Part shown: in pieces, positions 40,049 through 54,125 of the stretch
Layout of the letters: every line of letters starts with the position of its first letter
Numbering within the stretch: position 1 is the stretch's first letter
NCBI RefSeq assembly: GCF_018977255.1
Contig: NW_024704743.1
Coordinates: 49,416,001-49,480,000 of the forward strand
Direction: 5' to 3'
Length of the DNA stretch: 64,000 nt
DNA from: Callorhinchus milii
Taxonomy: Eukaryota
Translations under genes and position numbers: made by a program
The notes under the pieces: generated by a model
What the model saw: the letters and a program-made list of their open reading frames with translations, nothing else
Databases searched by the model: none
What the model was told of the DNA's origin: nothing

Positions 40049-43000
40049 GTTTCAGCAATACAAGTTGAAGAGCATAAGCAGTAAATATCTGAAATAGACA
40101 GTAACAGTATTGACAAGTCAGTATTTATACTACTTTAAAGTAACCATATAAAAATATTTTGAGAAGCACTATTATAATTCTTGGTTATTTTTGATGGATT
40201 AAACTAGGTTTCTTAGCTTGTAGGTGAATAAACATGTGCAAAACTGATCATGGTTTTGTATCAAAACTGCACTAAGAGAGCATTTGTGTGTATGGACATT
40301 AATGTTGAGCTATTGCTTGGACTAGCAGTTGCTGCATGCGTGTGCTAGACTAAAAGGAGCGACTGGTTCTCCCTCTTCATTCCCCATCTGGTGAGCTCCC
40401 AAATCTCAGGTAGGTCATCTTGGGAGATGCTTCACCTGAGCCTCTGAGGGAGGAAAATTTATTTTGAAAGCCAGTTCAAACGTGCAGATCTTCCACATTT
40501 CCTAGCAGGCAAATAAGACGGAACAGAGGCAGACAGGGCCCAGATCAGCTGCTCGTTTGTTACAGAACAGTTCACATCAACCTGAAGAAGCAGGTGATCA
40601 CTCCCAGGATGAGGAAGGGTAGTTGACAGTATCTTGTTTATGGCACCAAAAACACTCAGCAAAATTGAGCAGGTCTTCACAGCTTCAGCCTCAGACAAAA
40701 ACAAGCTTCTTAGTATAGTCCACCAATCCTTCAAGATTTACTAGATTACCTGAAATGTTTTGACATCTTCTTCCCCCGCAAGAAATGGAGAAATGTGGAT
40801 GTTATTCTGGACAGGTCCAGGGTACAAAAAAACAAAACAGACAAGGCTTGGTGGCATTTGCAATTTCATTCTCACTGTGTTTACTCTTTGTTATCAATTC
40901 TCTATACCTTGGGCAGAAAGCCTGCAAAACCACAAGTCTTTTGGGGTTAGGGGTTAACTGTACATTGTATTCTGGATCACTCTAAATGTTTTATGCAAGG
41001 ATATTTTATCCCATAAGAATGAAACAAGGTAGTTTGGAATGACATATATTGCATATTCTTATGCAAATGATACAGAGAAGAAGAAAAATAATATATGTTT
41101 GGTTGGGGAATATTCAAAACCTAAAAAGCAGCTTTCAAAGCACATTTTGCTGTTTGTAGAACACTTGAGTATTCAGAGTCACAGGACAAGCAGCACTTTC
41201 TGATATAATGAAAACAAAAATCAAACAGAATCCCTTTGGGCTGCAGAAGACTTATGACCTGCACTCGAGATACTGCCGTGGCAGAACAAGGGAAATCCAA
41301 CTTCAGTCATTGCTAATTGGCTTCATCAGTTTAAAAAANTACTCCCTTTAGCAGCCTCAGACAGCCCCTTAGGAATAAATGGAGAAAAGCCAGAGATGTT
41401 GCCAAAGCAAAGCACTAGGGAATACTTATTACTTTACTACAATCGAGCTTTTCTACAAGAAACTACAAATCTTGCAAAAACTGGATTGCAAATACTATAT
41501 ATATACATATAGACACACACATATATATACACACACACACATAACAGAGCCTGCAGTGTGCAGTATATAACCAAAAGCTGACAATCATTACAAATAAAAT
41601 GAATTTAACCTCTGAGAAAAGCAGACTGTTGAGGGAAGAAAAATCTCAAATATATTAAGTGTTGAGAGGCTTGGCTGGGAATTGGAAGAAAATTATAATC
41701 CAAAAATGAACACTTCCCTGGACTATTTTCTGATAAATGGGCGGATTTAGCATCTTGCATATTATTGTGCCAGTACAGTACCATGGTGAACTCTGATAGG
41801 GATTCTTGGTACATGTCAATCAGCTACTTGATTAAATGTCTATTTGGTTTGAAGTACACAAGGATTGTATTCCAGTACAAGTTAGAGGGTGGGAGGGGGG
41901 GAGAGGATCAATTATTCTAGGAAAGGCAGTTGGCTCTTGCAAAACGTTAAGCAAATGACATGGTAGGGGCTTCTCAATAATTTAGATAAGATTCAACGAA
42001 AAAAAACACATTTAAGGCGGAGCATATAAAAAGGATTAAAGTATTGGTAAAGTATGAGAATAGGATCCAATAACTGAAACAGAAACAAAAGGAGTGTATC
42101 ACAAAGGAGGCTAGAATAATTATTTGAGAGATCAAAGACAATGCAATAAATTTTATGGGTTTGATATTGCATGTAATACCATTCCAACAAGAATTGCAAT
42201 TAGTGTGAAATTGAATGCTATTTGGCATTATATAAAATAGCAGCTACAGTCACTAACTTTACAATAAAAGAACTGGAAACCCCCACTACTCTCGATCAAC
42301 AGCAATTTATCTAACTGGATATTTACTGGACTTTTCTAGGACACAGCAATTTTGCTTCTTGTTTTGGACAAACAGCATAAGCACAAGATATCCTGATCAT
42401 GCAGTGACACAGAAAATAGTGAGTGAAAATTGCTCCCCCCGGGAACCTGTAGAAGAAAGTTCAACTTTAGCCACATTAAATCCCAATGGTGGGAAATCCA
42501 GTCACATATCTTGGGAAACTGGGATGATAAATTAACTAATTGTTGTAATGTTTGCTTAAAAAAAATACACACACCTAGAAGAAGTTATTCGAATTGTTGT
42601 TTCAGAAAAAGGTGAGGCAGTTTTTCTTGAATTTCCAGCCATTGACATAGCCAATAGGATTTGAGGGAAAAGAATAGACCCATTTAAACTGGGTTATTTC
42701 AGCATTTTGCACACCTCGAAAATAAAATCATTTAGACATGCCAGGTATAGTTGAAAAAGCAGGATCTAAGATTATAACCAGTCATCCACTGGGTATTTGG
42801 GTCCACACAGTAATCACTCATGTCTAGTTGACATGGCTTTCTACATTGGTTTTACACACTGAAACCACAGTATCAAAATCAAGAGGTTAATGACCATCTC
42901 AGAACTTATAACTGAAGCAAACCAAAAAAATGAAATATTTATTCTATTGAGCGCCTGTAATCAGTGAACTTTCCTAGAAAAAAACAGCTTTTTGAAAGCT

Positions 43001-45230
43001 AGAACATTGTTCTTCTGTAAGTCAGTTTTTAAAAAATCCTTTAGGATTTTCTCATGATGTGTTCATATCCCATTTTCGTCACACTTGCGTGATATTTGCT
43101 ATTTTCTTTAGCTGCGTATAAGTTACATATTTTGCAGTATTTTTTCTTTTCAATAAAAATCATATAAATCATTCTCGTTAAGGTGCAATGTATTAACCAG
43201 AAATGCACATGTTTTACATGACAAAAAGACACATCACTGAAAACAATAATTCACGTTAGGACTGTGCCAATCGATCTCTCTAGAAACAGATTCAGCTTAT
43301 TTCAATAATCAAAGTACTTTGATTATATTCTAGAATTCCCTCCTTTAACTATCGGGGAGCCAAAAGAGAAGAGAGAGCAACTACATCTACAGGAGGACTT
43401 CAGGAATTATATGACGATATTTCAGAAAGAACTGGTCCCCTTTTGTAGGTACCTGAAAAATATAACTACAAGTTACAATTAGTAATTATTATTATGTGAT
43501 GAAATTATTTAGCAACTTTGACTCATTTCCCGTAATCTCATGACAGTACTTTTCCGTCCGTCCCCCGTTTCTCCAAGAAATGTTTCTGGAGCAAACCCAC
43601 GCAATAAATCACAGAAATTATCAGTTTTCTTACGCAACTAGTGTTGCAGCCAGCTGTGAAATTCCGGTTTATTCAGATCACTGTGTTCAGCAAGGCCATT
43701 TCATCAAATCGCAGAACTAGTCAGAGTTAAATCTTTTGTCACTTCAACTCCAAAGGCATTGTGTACAAATGCTAAATAAAATGAGATCACACATGCACAT
43801 TCCATTCCTGCTCATGAAAGAAGCAGAGTGCTGATTTGAGAGATTTGCAATAGGTGAATCTCGGATGTGCCAGGCCTAATTCTTGCTCAGACGCCAACTT
43901 CACAGAAGTCAACCACTGAGATTGGCATCTGAGCTGAGCTCCTGAGGGTCAGCTACTTCACACCTGAAATTCACTATTTATAGACTGTTTTCTGAATCTC
44001 ACAAATTAGGACCCAAATGTATGTCCTAGGACCTATGATAAAGCTGTTAAACTGGCACAATCCTTACAATTGAACTCAGGTTTAAATAAACAATTGTAGA
44101 ATGAAAAGTGAAACACCCCAAAAATCTTCCTGTTCCATAAATTATGGCATGAGTTTTTTTTTAAAATAATTTTTGCACAAACATTTTGTTGTATTTATAC
44201 GAATACAAAAAAAGGAAACTTCTGAATGTGAATGTATTAGGATTAGAAGGCTGCTGGTGGTCTAACCATTAAACAAATTCACCAATGAACACATGAATGC
44301 ACACAGAGGAAACGTTACTTATCCAGCAGCCCAGAGTGAAGTAATGCAACACTGAATTAGAGTTGAGCTCTCTTGACAGATAACTAACCAATATAAAGTA
44401 TTAATGTACTCCTGCTTATATAACTGAACCTTCATTTCAAACCCAAATCATTAACTCTTCACTTTGTGGCGTAGGGCTATGAATCTTAAGGAACTCTGTT
44501 TTGACCTGGTTCCTTGTTTGAAAACAATGGTAACTCGGTGCACTAGTCACCCACCCAAAAAAAACTTTTGTCTTCTACTAATGATTTACTGTACTTATTT
44601 CCACAACTATGCCAACTCTATATTTTGTAATTGAGTTTCCAGGCAACACCAGAACTAGGTTGTTGAAAAATAGCTTGCATTTAGCAGACTCTTTTCCCTC
44701 CTCAGCTCTAGCAAACCAAGCTGGGATTATTTTAAAATAAATTATTTAGTTTTAATGATGGGAGGTCCTGAAGCAAAAGCTAACACAGGCTATTTGAATA
44801 GAAACGGAAACATTGACGTATTTAATTTCTCTGAAAACCAGTAACATACCAGAAGCCAAGAGTGACAGATGATGAAATAGCAGGACTTTCCTCTTTAATT
44901 TGAACGAAGGGGAAAGTGTTGATGACAAAAATAGAATATCAACAATACACAAAATAATATAATTGAGATTATACTCTTGTGCATACATGACTTGCTGCCC
45001 TCCACATCCATCCAGGTTATGTTATATTGCAATTCCCATTCTAGGCAACACCAGAATCATCTTGGCAACATATAGTTAACTTGCATGTGGAAGTCTTCCC
45101 TTGCCCCAAGGTCCAATGTCAACTAAGCAACATAAAGGCCTGCAGGGCAAGGAGTAAAACTCCTGTCCATCAAACTTCTCTCAACCATTTATCTCCCAAA
45201 GTCTGTTCCTGGACACCCCCTAGATTACGA

Positions 45231-45350
45231 TTAATCTTTCTTTTCCACATCTGCACACTTTCCTTGCTGCATCATACAACGGCGCACAATGCTGTCAAAG
45301 CTCCCCAAGTAAAACAGGGCGATCGTGCGGAAAAGGCCCATGGTAACGAT
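45231..45350 (-). CDS. KDSR: KDSR exon 10, terminal coding part (120 nt incl. TAA)
   Basis: ccgcag|[39 protein letters not shown]. Confidence 0.97.
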   Translation of the reverse strand: MVTMGLFRTIALFYLGSFDSIVRRCMMQQGKCADVEKKD

Positions 45351-46472
45351 CTGCGGAAACAATGGAAACAGATCCATCATTAGTCAGTTAGAATAACAAC
45401 AACAAAATTACATTTGTAAATCATCTTTCATGTCGGGAGGACGTCCAAAGGCGCTGACAGCAGAACATTTCCGATTAAAACTTACAGTTGAATGAGAATT
45501 AGTTTTCCCCCTCTGAAAGATGTCAGATTTCCATCTGGTAATTCGTTTTCACATTCAGCATATTTGCAAATCCATATATCTGTCCAGTTTATGTATTTCA
45601 TTAATTAACTGAGTGAGCCAGTGAATGAAAGCACTGTGCTTTCAGTGATACAATTCAAATTCAGTTCAGATTGCCCTAGTAACTCCTAAGTTCAATGACA
45701 ATTTTCGCAGTGGGTGGGAGTCCAGGGCAACATGCTGAAGTTCACCACTAATTAAGGAATCTAATAAAGTGATAGAAAAGAAAGTATTGCATTGATTTAG
45801 CATTAAGCACTCCTCTAAAGGTTAGGATAAGGCATCTTTTTGGAAGTAAGGTAGGAGTAATATTTAAGATGCATTCAACTAGTGCTTTGGAAGCACAATA
45901 AAAAGAAAGCAGTTCCAGTCCCTGGAAACTATTAATCTAGGAAATAAGAACCTTAAATTAACTGGTAAAAAATGACTGTAAATGAACCAGGACTACATAA
46001 TTTAAGACGAGACTTAAATATTGCTTCCGAAGGTTGAAAAAGGTGTTATTCGTTGAACAAAATATTAAGTTCTGCTTTGCTAAATCACAAACGTTTACAA
46101 CACAACTAGGTCAGTCGACTACCTGAAGTCATCAAGTGGCCCATTTTCTCTCACCACATCACAGAAGATTTAAAACAAGGGGAAGGAAGGAGAGCAAAGT
46201 GCTGATTAAAGCATATGGATACGTGGGATGGTCTAAGTTTGCAAAGACAATTACACAATTCATCAGATTCAGCTTGACAAAAGTTGTCTGAAATTCAGAA
46301 AGCTAATTTTTCATTGTTATTGAGGTCATTTTAAAACAAATGCAACCCACTGTAAGCACATTATTTTAAAACATGATCTTCATCCAATAACCTTCATAAT
46401 TGCCAACACTCACAATCAGATGGCAGATATTTGCTTAGAATCACCAAATGCAGAGATTATTACAAATATTAT

Positions 46473-46800
46473 CGTGGAGTCCTGTAGCTCAGTGGTTAGA
46501 GCACTCGCTTTGAAAGCGAGAGATCTGAGTTCAATTCCAGGCAGGTCAGGGTGAAACCTTGGGCAAGTTTCCTTACTCCACACACCTAATAATAATCCCT
46601 CCAAAACCAAAAACAATAATAAATTGGTCATTTTCAATCCACGACTGTGTGTGGGACATTGCTGTGCGCAATTGGCTGCCGCGTTCGCCCACAAATATAC
46701 AGTCAATTCACTTTACAGTGTGTTCTGTGAAGCGCGTTGGGACGTCCTCCCGACGTGAAAAGCGCTATGTCAAATGCAAGGATTATTATTATTATTATTA
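46473..46800 (+). mobile_element. Young tRNA SINE, short form (KDSR intron 9)
   Basis: Full length, near-identical to the reverse complement of 14658-14991. Confidence 0.93.
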
Positions 46801-47946
46801 CATTCGCAGCAATCTGATGCTTTTCTAATCAATTCCTCTAGATCTACCCGAGAGCAGAGATTTGCATTTCTGGTACATTGTTTCTTGGTAATTCTATTTT
46901 ACTGCACATTTCAGAGACCAAACAAAGGAGTTGGCAGCCTCTAGTGCAAGTAAAAACTTGAGAACTTTTCTACACCAGTTCAAGCATTCATCACGACCAG
47001 GGAGATTTCACCAACTCTCTGCTCGCCAGACTACCTGCCTTTCCCCTCCACGAGCTGCAGACTATCCAGAACTCTGCAGCTTGTGTATTTTTCCATACTA
47101 AACTCTGTGAGCCTATCACCTCATCCTTGCCTGGCTCCATTGGTTCTCCTTCCCTCAGCGGATAAAGCTCATCCCTCTATGATCTTGCCCAACTCTACCT
47201 TTGCAACCTCTTCAAACGCTACCAACTGGCCTGCTTCACATCCCCTGCTCCACTCATTATTTGCAGTCTGGCTTTCAGCACATTTAGCCACAATTCTCTA
47301 GGACTCCATCTGAAAGCTCCTTTGACTTGCCTCTTCCCTCGCCACCTTCAAGGCCTGCTCAAGTACTTCCTCTTTGTCCCCCCTTTCAGATATCTTTTTT
47401 GGCCAGCAGGGTGTCTTACATATGCAAATACCCATCCCCATGCTTAAGAATATCCAAACCAGAGTTCCATGCATCCCACCTACAATAAGAAACTCCCATA
47501 TTGGAATGCGTACTCCCTCCCTGGGTCTTATATAATTCCAGAGAGTATTAGGTGCAGATTGACAAGAGCCAATGCTTGTGGATCCCAGAGTGTGCATTGG
47601 GATACTGCTGCAGTTTAAATAACTAAAACCACATAGCTTGCCACTGAAAGCACTATCTGGCAAGCAGGGTTTATCTGGAGAGGAAGGAAAAGGAGAACAC
47701 GACAAACCACATCAGACGAGCTGCATGTGCAACTGAAAGAGGCACACAACCAAATGTTTAGGCTGACAAAGAGATTTTAGAATATCTCAGAAGTTGACAG
47801 GTGAATGAAAGGAAATAAATACATTTTGATACAGGCACACAAAAAAATCTGATAAAAAAACAGAAGACAAAGCACATTATTCACTTTACTCAATTCTTGC
47901 CACAAACTCTCTCTGAAAAAAGTGTGTAGTCACAAGTAGAACATAC

Positions 47947-48048
47947 CTGCTGGAGCCCTTCTGTAATACTAGTGACGGGTGACATACCACAGGTGAGTGC
48001 AGACAACATATACCCATCGGGACCAATCGAGCTGTTAAAATTTCCTTG
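47947..48048 (-). CDS. KDSR: KDSR exon 9 (102 nt)
   Basis: caccag|[34 protein letters not shown]|gtatgt. Confidence 0.97.
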
Positions 48049-49026
48049 CTGGTGAAAGGGGTACAAGGGGGAAAAAAAGGAAGGAAAAGGTACCAATAAT
48101 AATCAAATTAACAAAGAGCTTGTATAAATTAGCTCATGCATTTCCATTCCCACCCATAAGTACAACAAGCATGTGACCATACAAGCTCACAATTTACATA
48201 TACTGTATCTTAAAAAGATCATACAACACCAAACCAAGAGAAAGGGCTTTAACCATTGAGTATTGCCCTGTGACCAGCCAAACCATCACAGCTTACAGGG
48301 TTATTATATCTCTATTCAGCAGCAGAGTCTAAAATCTGTTCATTTCAAACAGGACTCCATAATTAAGTAATCTAGAGTACGTCATCCAATTCATGGGAAC
48401 TCTCTCCAAAATCAATCTACTTTCAAAGCAGAGTTCCTGCAAGTCAAAGTGACGTGCTTCCAATTACAGTAAAGAATTTACATTCAGATTCCTTAATTAA
48501 GGAATCCCATTTGAAATCATTACTCTTTAGACCCCAGTGGACCCCAATCAAGGAACTCAAAAGAAATACTTAGTGGCCAAAGATGTAAGTTCTACAACAA
48601 GAGACATTGCCATCAATTCAGTATTTCTATTACAAACTCGATTACATAATCAAGAAGTATCATAGTAAAAATATTTGATTTGCAACAGTTACACAAGATG
48701 TTATGGAGGGATTTATGGAGGAGTTGACTTGACTAAAACATTACAAGCACAATCTTTAAGGTGAGCAGGCAGCCTACTCCTTCTCTCATCTCTGCCAATA
48801 CAATTCTAACTGAACTCGGGAGATCCGTAAGACACCCAGAGGAGAGTCAAACTGCCTTTTTTTTCTCCTTCACCTCTTGGTCTGGGGAAGGGAGAGTGAG
48901 ATGGGAAGAGAAGAGCGACTCACCTCCTCGATGTGCTTTCTCAGACTGAGTTCAGGAATGGTATGTGAGTGAAATTCACCTCCCTTTCATAAGGCATCAA
49001 TAGTATTTCTCTGAACAGACACTCAC

Positions 49027-49110
49027 CACAGCATCATTTACAATAATTTTTGCCACTTGGTCTGGCTGACATAATCCTGATGTTTCAGAGATCAATTTGG
49101 TCTCCAAAGG
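49027..49110 (-). CDS. KDSR: KDSR exon 8 (84 nt)
   Basis: ttacag|PLETKLISETSGLCQPDQVAKIIVNDAV|gtgagt. Confidence 0.96.
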
Positions 49111-49866
49111 CTGTAAAAACAAATATTTTCCATTAATGATTTCAAAAAAAGCAAGCATATGAAAATAGGCAATTTAGTTGTAGTGACAACAGGATTTATG
49201 GAAATTTAGTCTGCCCAGTAACCCAATCAATTAACTCAGTGACAATTTCACTTTTAATTCCAATGCTTGATTCTGAAACATAATAATTCTTGCAATTGAT
49301 ATAGTGCCTTATCACAGCATCTTTTGAGCACTTCACAGGATTTACTGTGAAGTGGATTGACTGCATTTTGAGGGCGAAACATCTTCATAAATGTAGCAAG
49401 AAAAGATAATAGTTGTTACTGCAAAATCATAGCGACAGGAAAAGTAGTGCTTATTCAGGAGATCGGTCGATTAAGGTTTTAATTCCTGAGTACAACAAAA
49501 CTTCTGCTGGGATAATAACCTTGGTTAGAGTAAGAGGTTTGGAATAATGAGAATCCACTATAGTTATTAACTGTAATTTAGATTACCTTCCATCTAAAGG
49601 GCCTACACTTCTGTCTCAAACATTCAACGACAGGCTGAGGACACTCCAATGACCTAGATGATGAAGCTACCACAGTGTATTATAATAATCCTGCATCTGA
49701 TATAGTGCCTTATCATGTACGTTGAGACTCAGACAAGATTGCAGGTTTGAATCCCACATTACTGGAAGCCTGCAACTCTGTCTTCAGACACCTGCTAAAT
49801 CAGCTATGGTAAATTAATGAGCTGGTAGAATGAGGCAGGGAAGTAAGCATGAAAAAAAATCTTTAC

Positions 49867-49950
49867 CTTGTCTTTATTCTCTTCTTGAAAGCCAGGCGTG
49901 TCCGTGTCTGGAGGGTACGCAACTGTGATGTAGATGTTGTAAGACTTTAC
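49867..49950 (-). CDS. KDSR: KDSR exon 7 (84 nt)
   Basis: tttcag|[28 protein letters not shown]|gtaaag. Confidence 0.97.
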
Positions 49951-51112
49951 CTGAAAAGTTGAAGTTAAAAATTCGATCAATATCGAGCACTGAAAAGGGT
50001 TGAAAATAGAGAAAATATTCATTTGAGGTATGTTCAAAATAGAAGTTTTTTCTTTAATTTCATTCAATGTTATTACAGAAGAAACAAGGTTAAAATGTGA
50101 TTAGAAACAGTGGGAACATTTGGTTTTGAACAGCTTTTAGCCTTGCTCAAAGATCTACTCTGACTGCAAACATATGGTACAACGTACCATAAATAGTCAT
50201 GAGGTGAATGACCAATTCATGTAAAAGATGAAGAGCCTCATTCAGCCAAAATACATTTGAAAAAAAAGTTTACTGGAATTTTTTTAAAAAATGTGAAAAT
50301 GCTAAAATAAAGAGATGTGGAAAAGAATCCCAGTAACAAATCCAATTGCATACAAACCCAATAAAATAAGCAAAAAATCTCCAGGTGGGTTTGGGGGAAA
50401 GAGAATTAACACTATACCCAAAATTTAAAACTATGCTTTCAGAAAAAAATTGCAAATTAAAACTTAATTCAACAAGTTACTACAATTACTACAATTACTA
50501 CAGCTTGACTACAGTTTTATTATATGAAAAGTATAGGCATCTCTGAAATTAATACAACTTATAGAACTCAAAACTTTCCATGATTGTTTTTTAAAAAGCT
50601 TAAAAAAAATTAATGAGTCCACACACATTACACATATAAATTTTGAAATCTACGTTTGGACAGTTTATGCCTCAAATTCTACTTCTTTGAATTCTATGGC
50701 TCCTCTCCCTTGCTCAGTGTCTGACAATTCAGTTGTAGTGTATCCAAATAATCCCACGCTGTACCTGCGAAGCCATACGAGCTGTTAAGGGTGCCATATA
50801 AATGCAAGAAATGTTACTTACAATGCACAATGACAAGACATTCACACAAAAAAGTAGAGTGGCAGTGGATGCTGAAGCATGCACTCACTGGATCATTGGT
50901 GATGCACTATTAGATTATAAATAAACTAATAATCCTTGTATTTGATTATAGCGCTTTTCATGTCTTTTAGATGTCACAAAGCGCTTCACAGAATATACTG
51001 CTAAGTGAATTGACTGTATATTACTGGGCTCCTGAATAAGTACTACAGTATAACATTATAGAAGGAAAGAAAGGAGCAAGACAAACTGTGAGGGCCTGAT
51101 GAAGACTATAAC

Positions 51113-51422
51113 AATAATAATCCTTGCATTTGATATAGTGCTTTTCACGTCTTCTAGACGTCTCAAAGGGCTTCACAGAATAGACTGTAAAGTGAATTGA
51201 CTGTATATTTGTGGGCGAAATGTGGCAGCCAATTGTGCACAGCAGTTTCCCACAAACAGTCGTGGATTGAAAATGACCAATTTATTATTGTTTTATTTGA
51301 GGGATTATTATCAGGCGTGTGGAGTAAGGAAACTTTCCCAAGGTTTCACCCTGCCAGGAATCAAACCCAGGTCTCTCACTTGCAAAGTGAGTGCTCTAAC
51401 CACTGAGCTACAGGACTCCACG
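51113..51422 (-). mobile_element. Young tRNA SINE, short form (KDSR intron 6)
   Basis: Full length; a second minus-strand tail lies at ~50928-51028. Confidence 0.93.
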
Positions 51423-51581
51423 TAATCACTTTCTCCTCTCTCAACCAGCAATCCCTTTGCAAGAGGCCAGATGCTGGTACAGTGACTGAGAAAATAAACA
51501 TATGGTATGCTTAAAAATACCATATGGCAATAGTATCCTTGAAAATTTAACACAGATAATTTGTCACATCAAAAGATTTAC

Positions 51582-51773
51582 CTCCATTTGCAGCGATTCT
51601 GCTAATCCACGCAGAGCAAATTTGGAAGGAGAATAAGCAGTGTATCCAAATAATCCCACTTGTCCTGCCTGGGAAGATACAAACACAATTCTTCCCAGCC
51701 GCCTCTCCTTCATGGTGTGAATGACCGCCCTTGTAGGATAAATGCTGCCTAGATAATTGGTCTCCATTAACCT
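51582..51773 (-). CDS. KDSR: KDSR exon 6 (192 nt), catalytic S and YxxxK
   Basis: ccctag|[64 protein letters not shown]|gtaaat. Confidence 0.98.
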
Positions 51774-52250
51774 CTAGGGGAAAGACAAGAAACACTTTTT
51801 TTTTTAAAAAGTACCTATCATATAGATATTTAAGTTATAAAGATTAAGCAGCTTTAACAGTTTTTCTAAAAAAAGATGACTCCAAATTAAATAGCTTATG
51901 ATAACATTGATTCTCATTAAAACAATTGTTGGCTGCACCACTAAAAAATGGTCAGCTAAGAATTCCCATCTGATGAGGAGGAGGGAAAACAGATACAGAC
52001 AGAAGCAAAGACTACAAAACATTCGCAGGCAAGACTAGTACATAAATAATAGCCATGTGGGCGAGGTACAGGAGAGCAACCAGTACTCTTGGGAGTCAAG
52101 AGAAGGAAAAAAAGGTCGAACAGGATGGGGGTGGGAGGGAAAGTGGAGAAAAGATTGAGGAGAAAAGCAGCAGTTCAATCCAATGCTCCTAAATACAGTA
52201 CTGCTGCATTCAAAATAATTTAACGTTTACAGATCATGTAAATTGCTCAC

Positions 52251-52346
52251 CCTGAATAAGCCAACTTCAATATCTTCAAACTTCGCAGCAACTGATTTCC
52301 CAGCACAGTTGATGAGCATGTCCACAGGTCCTAGTTTCTCCTGGGC
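52251..52346 (-). CDS. KDSR: KDSR exon 5 (96 nt)
   Basis: cactag|[32 protein letters not shown]|gtgagc; NCAG corresponds to the SDR NNAG motif. Confidence 0.96.
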
Positions 52347-52510
52347 CTAGTGTGATCCAGTAAAGCATCAATACATCAGTAGGATTACACTATTAATGAT
52401 TTAGTACACATCAGATTTGACTGAGAAAATGGGAGATTTCCTAGGTTTCATTTGAGCTGACCTAATTGAACCAACAATCTGCTACATTTGATACATCAAT
52501 TAACATCAAC

Positions 52511-52905
52511 CTGGCTCAGTTGGTAGCATTCTTTTCTCCGGGACAGAAGGTTGTGAGTTCAATCCCCAAATTGGTATTCTGAACTCACAAAGTCTAGGCT
52601 GACACTCCAATGCAGTGCTCTGTTTGACATGCAATCCTTCAGATTAGATGTTAAATCAAAGTCCTTATTGCCTGTCCAAACGGATGTTAAAGATCCCTTG
52701 GCACTATTTGAAAAGTGAAGGCAATTTTTCCCGGTGTTCTGGTTGTCAATCCACCAAATAATATTGGTCATTCACTTCAAGACTGTTTACAGGACATTGC
52801 TATGTACAAATTGGCTGCCACTTTCTCCTACAAAATACAATTATTATACTCTACAATAAAACTTAAGTGTTTTGAGACATCTTTCCAACATGAAAGGCAC
52901 TACAC
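52511..52905 (+). mobile_element. Older DeuSINE (SacSINE1-like), near full length, directly followed by a young SINE
   Basis: GGCTCAGTTGGTAGCA...CAGAAGGTTGTGAGTTCAATCCC...CTAGGCTGACACTCCA...AAAGATCCCTTGGCACTATTTG...AAATTGGCTGCC. Confidence 0.78.
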
Positions 52906-52909
52906 AGGA

Positions 52910-53218
52910 GTGGAGTCCTGTAGTTTAGTGATTAGAACACTCCCTCGAACATAGGTTTGATTCTAGGCAGGGCAAAATCTGGGTCAAGTTTCCTTACTCC
53001 ACACGTGTGATAATAATCCCTCAAGAAAAAAAAACAATAATAAATTTGTCACTTAAATCCATGACTGTTTGTGGGACATTGCTGTGCGCAATTGGCTGCT
53101 GCAATTCGCCCACAAATATAAATCAATTCACTTTAAAGTATATTCTGTGAAGTGCTTTAAGACGTCCAGAAGACATGAAAAGCTCTTTATCAAATGCAAG
53201 GATTATTATTATCATTAT
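52910..53218 (+). mobile_element. Young tRNA SINE, short form (KDSR intron 4)
   Basis: Head GTGGAGTCCTGTAG, Deu core, (TTA)n tail. Confidence 0.9.
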
Positions 53219-53618
53219 ATCAAATGGAAGGTTTATAATAAATATTGTAGTCATTTGCTGTCCAGATCTTGCCTACCTTACTTACGTTGTGTAGATAATA
53301 CACTGCAGTAGTTTGCAAACTACTTCTTAAATGGTCAACTATAATGTTTTGTGGCATTCTAGAATGCTTTAAATCAAACTAAAACAAATATAGAATGACT
53401 TTCCTAAGTAGGGATAAATATCTTGATTAGAAAGCATACCTGTTTTGGCTAGTTTAATTTTGACTTAAATTATGTTGTATACAGTAGGGGGGAGTTGGCC
53501 AAGTGAAAATGTCCCTGGGGCTGAACTATTTGGAGTCATATTTAAATGGCTTGATCTCTTGGAACAGAAGTGAAACATGTGTTTCCCTTAAAACAAAAAG
53601 TCAAGAAAGCAAACTTAC

Positions 53619-53684
53619 TTGTTTGATTACACTTGCGACTTGGCCATAGTCTTTTGATATGTCGACAGAAATGCACAGCACCAC
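53619..53684 (-). CDS. KDSR: KDSR exon 4 (66 nt)
   Basis: tcacag|VVLCISVDISKDYGQVASVIKQ|gtaagt. Confidence 0.96.
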
Positions 53685-53881
53685 CTGTGAAATGGTCAGA
53701 AGACATTCACTGCTCAAAGAGAATTTGTAAGTGCAGCAGACTGAGTACTTGGAACCAAACAGTTCAATTTCCTTAACAGAACTTCACGTCAAAGGGCTAT
53801 AAACCCATGGCATAAGAAACCAATAGGAGCAGACACACAATGGGTTGAATTACACTTTTTCTACTAAATTACACCTATTCT

Positions 53882-54125
53882 GACAAAAACAGAAGTCGCT
53901 GGGAACACTTAGTAGGTCGGTAGCGTCTACGGAGAAAGGAAAGTGAGTCAACATTTCAGGTCCACAACCCTTCATCAGAACGGGTCGTGGCGGTTCTGAC
54001 GAAGGGTCATGGACCCGAAGTGTTGACTCACTTTCCTTTCTCCATAGATGCTACCTGACTTGCTGAGTGTTCCCAGTCACTTCTGTTTTTGTTTCAGATT
54101 TCCAGCATCTGCAGTATTTTGCGTT
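53882..54125. mobile_element. Palindromic Penelope-like element fragment with 13-bp target site duplication
   Basis: Arms ~53883-53981 and ~53993-54091 are reverse complements; TTACACCTATTCT at 53869-53881 and 54126-54138; CTGANGA...GAA motif in each arm. Confidence 0.8.

Noticed and set aside
45234..45248. C-terminal VEKKD as an ER-retrieval dilysine signal
   Set aside because: Lysines are at -2/-3, not the canonical -3/-4 or -3/-5
46473..46555. tRNA genes at SINE heads (also 9897, 14991, 51422, 56306)
   Set aside because: All continue into SINE body and tail, anticodon loops vary between copies, and no poly-T terminator follows the cloverleaf
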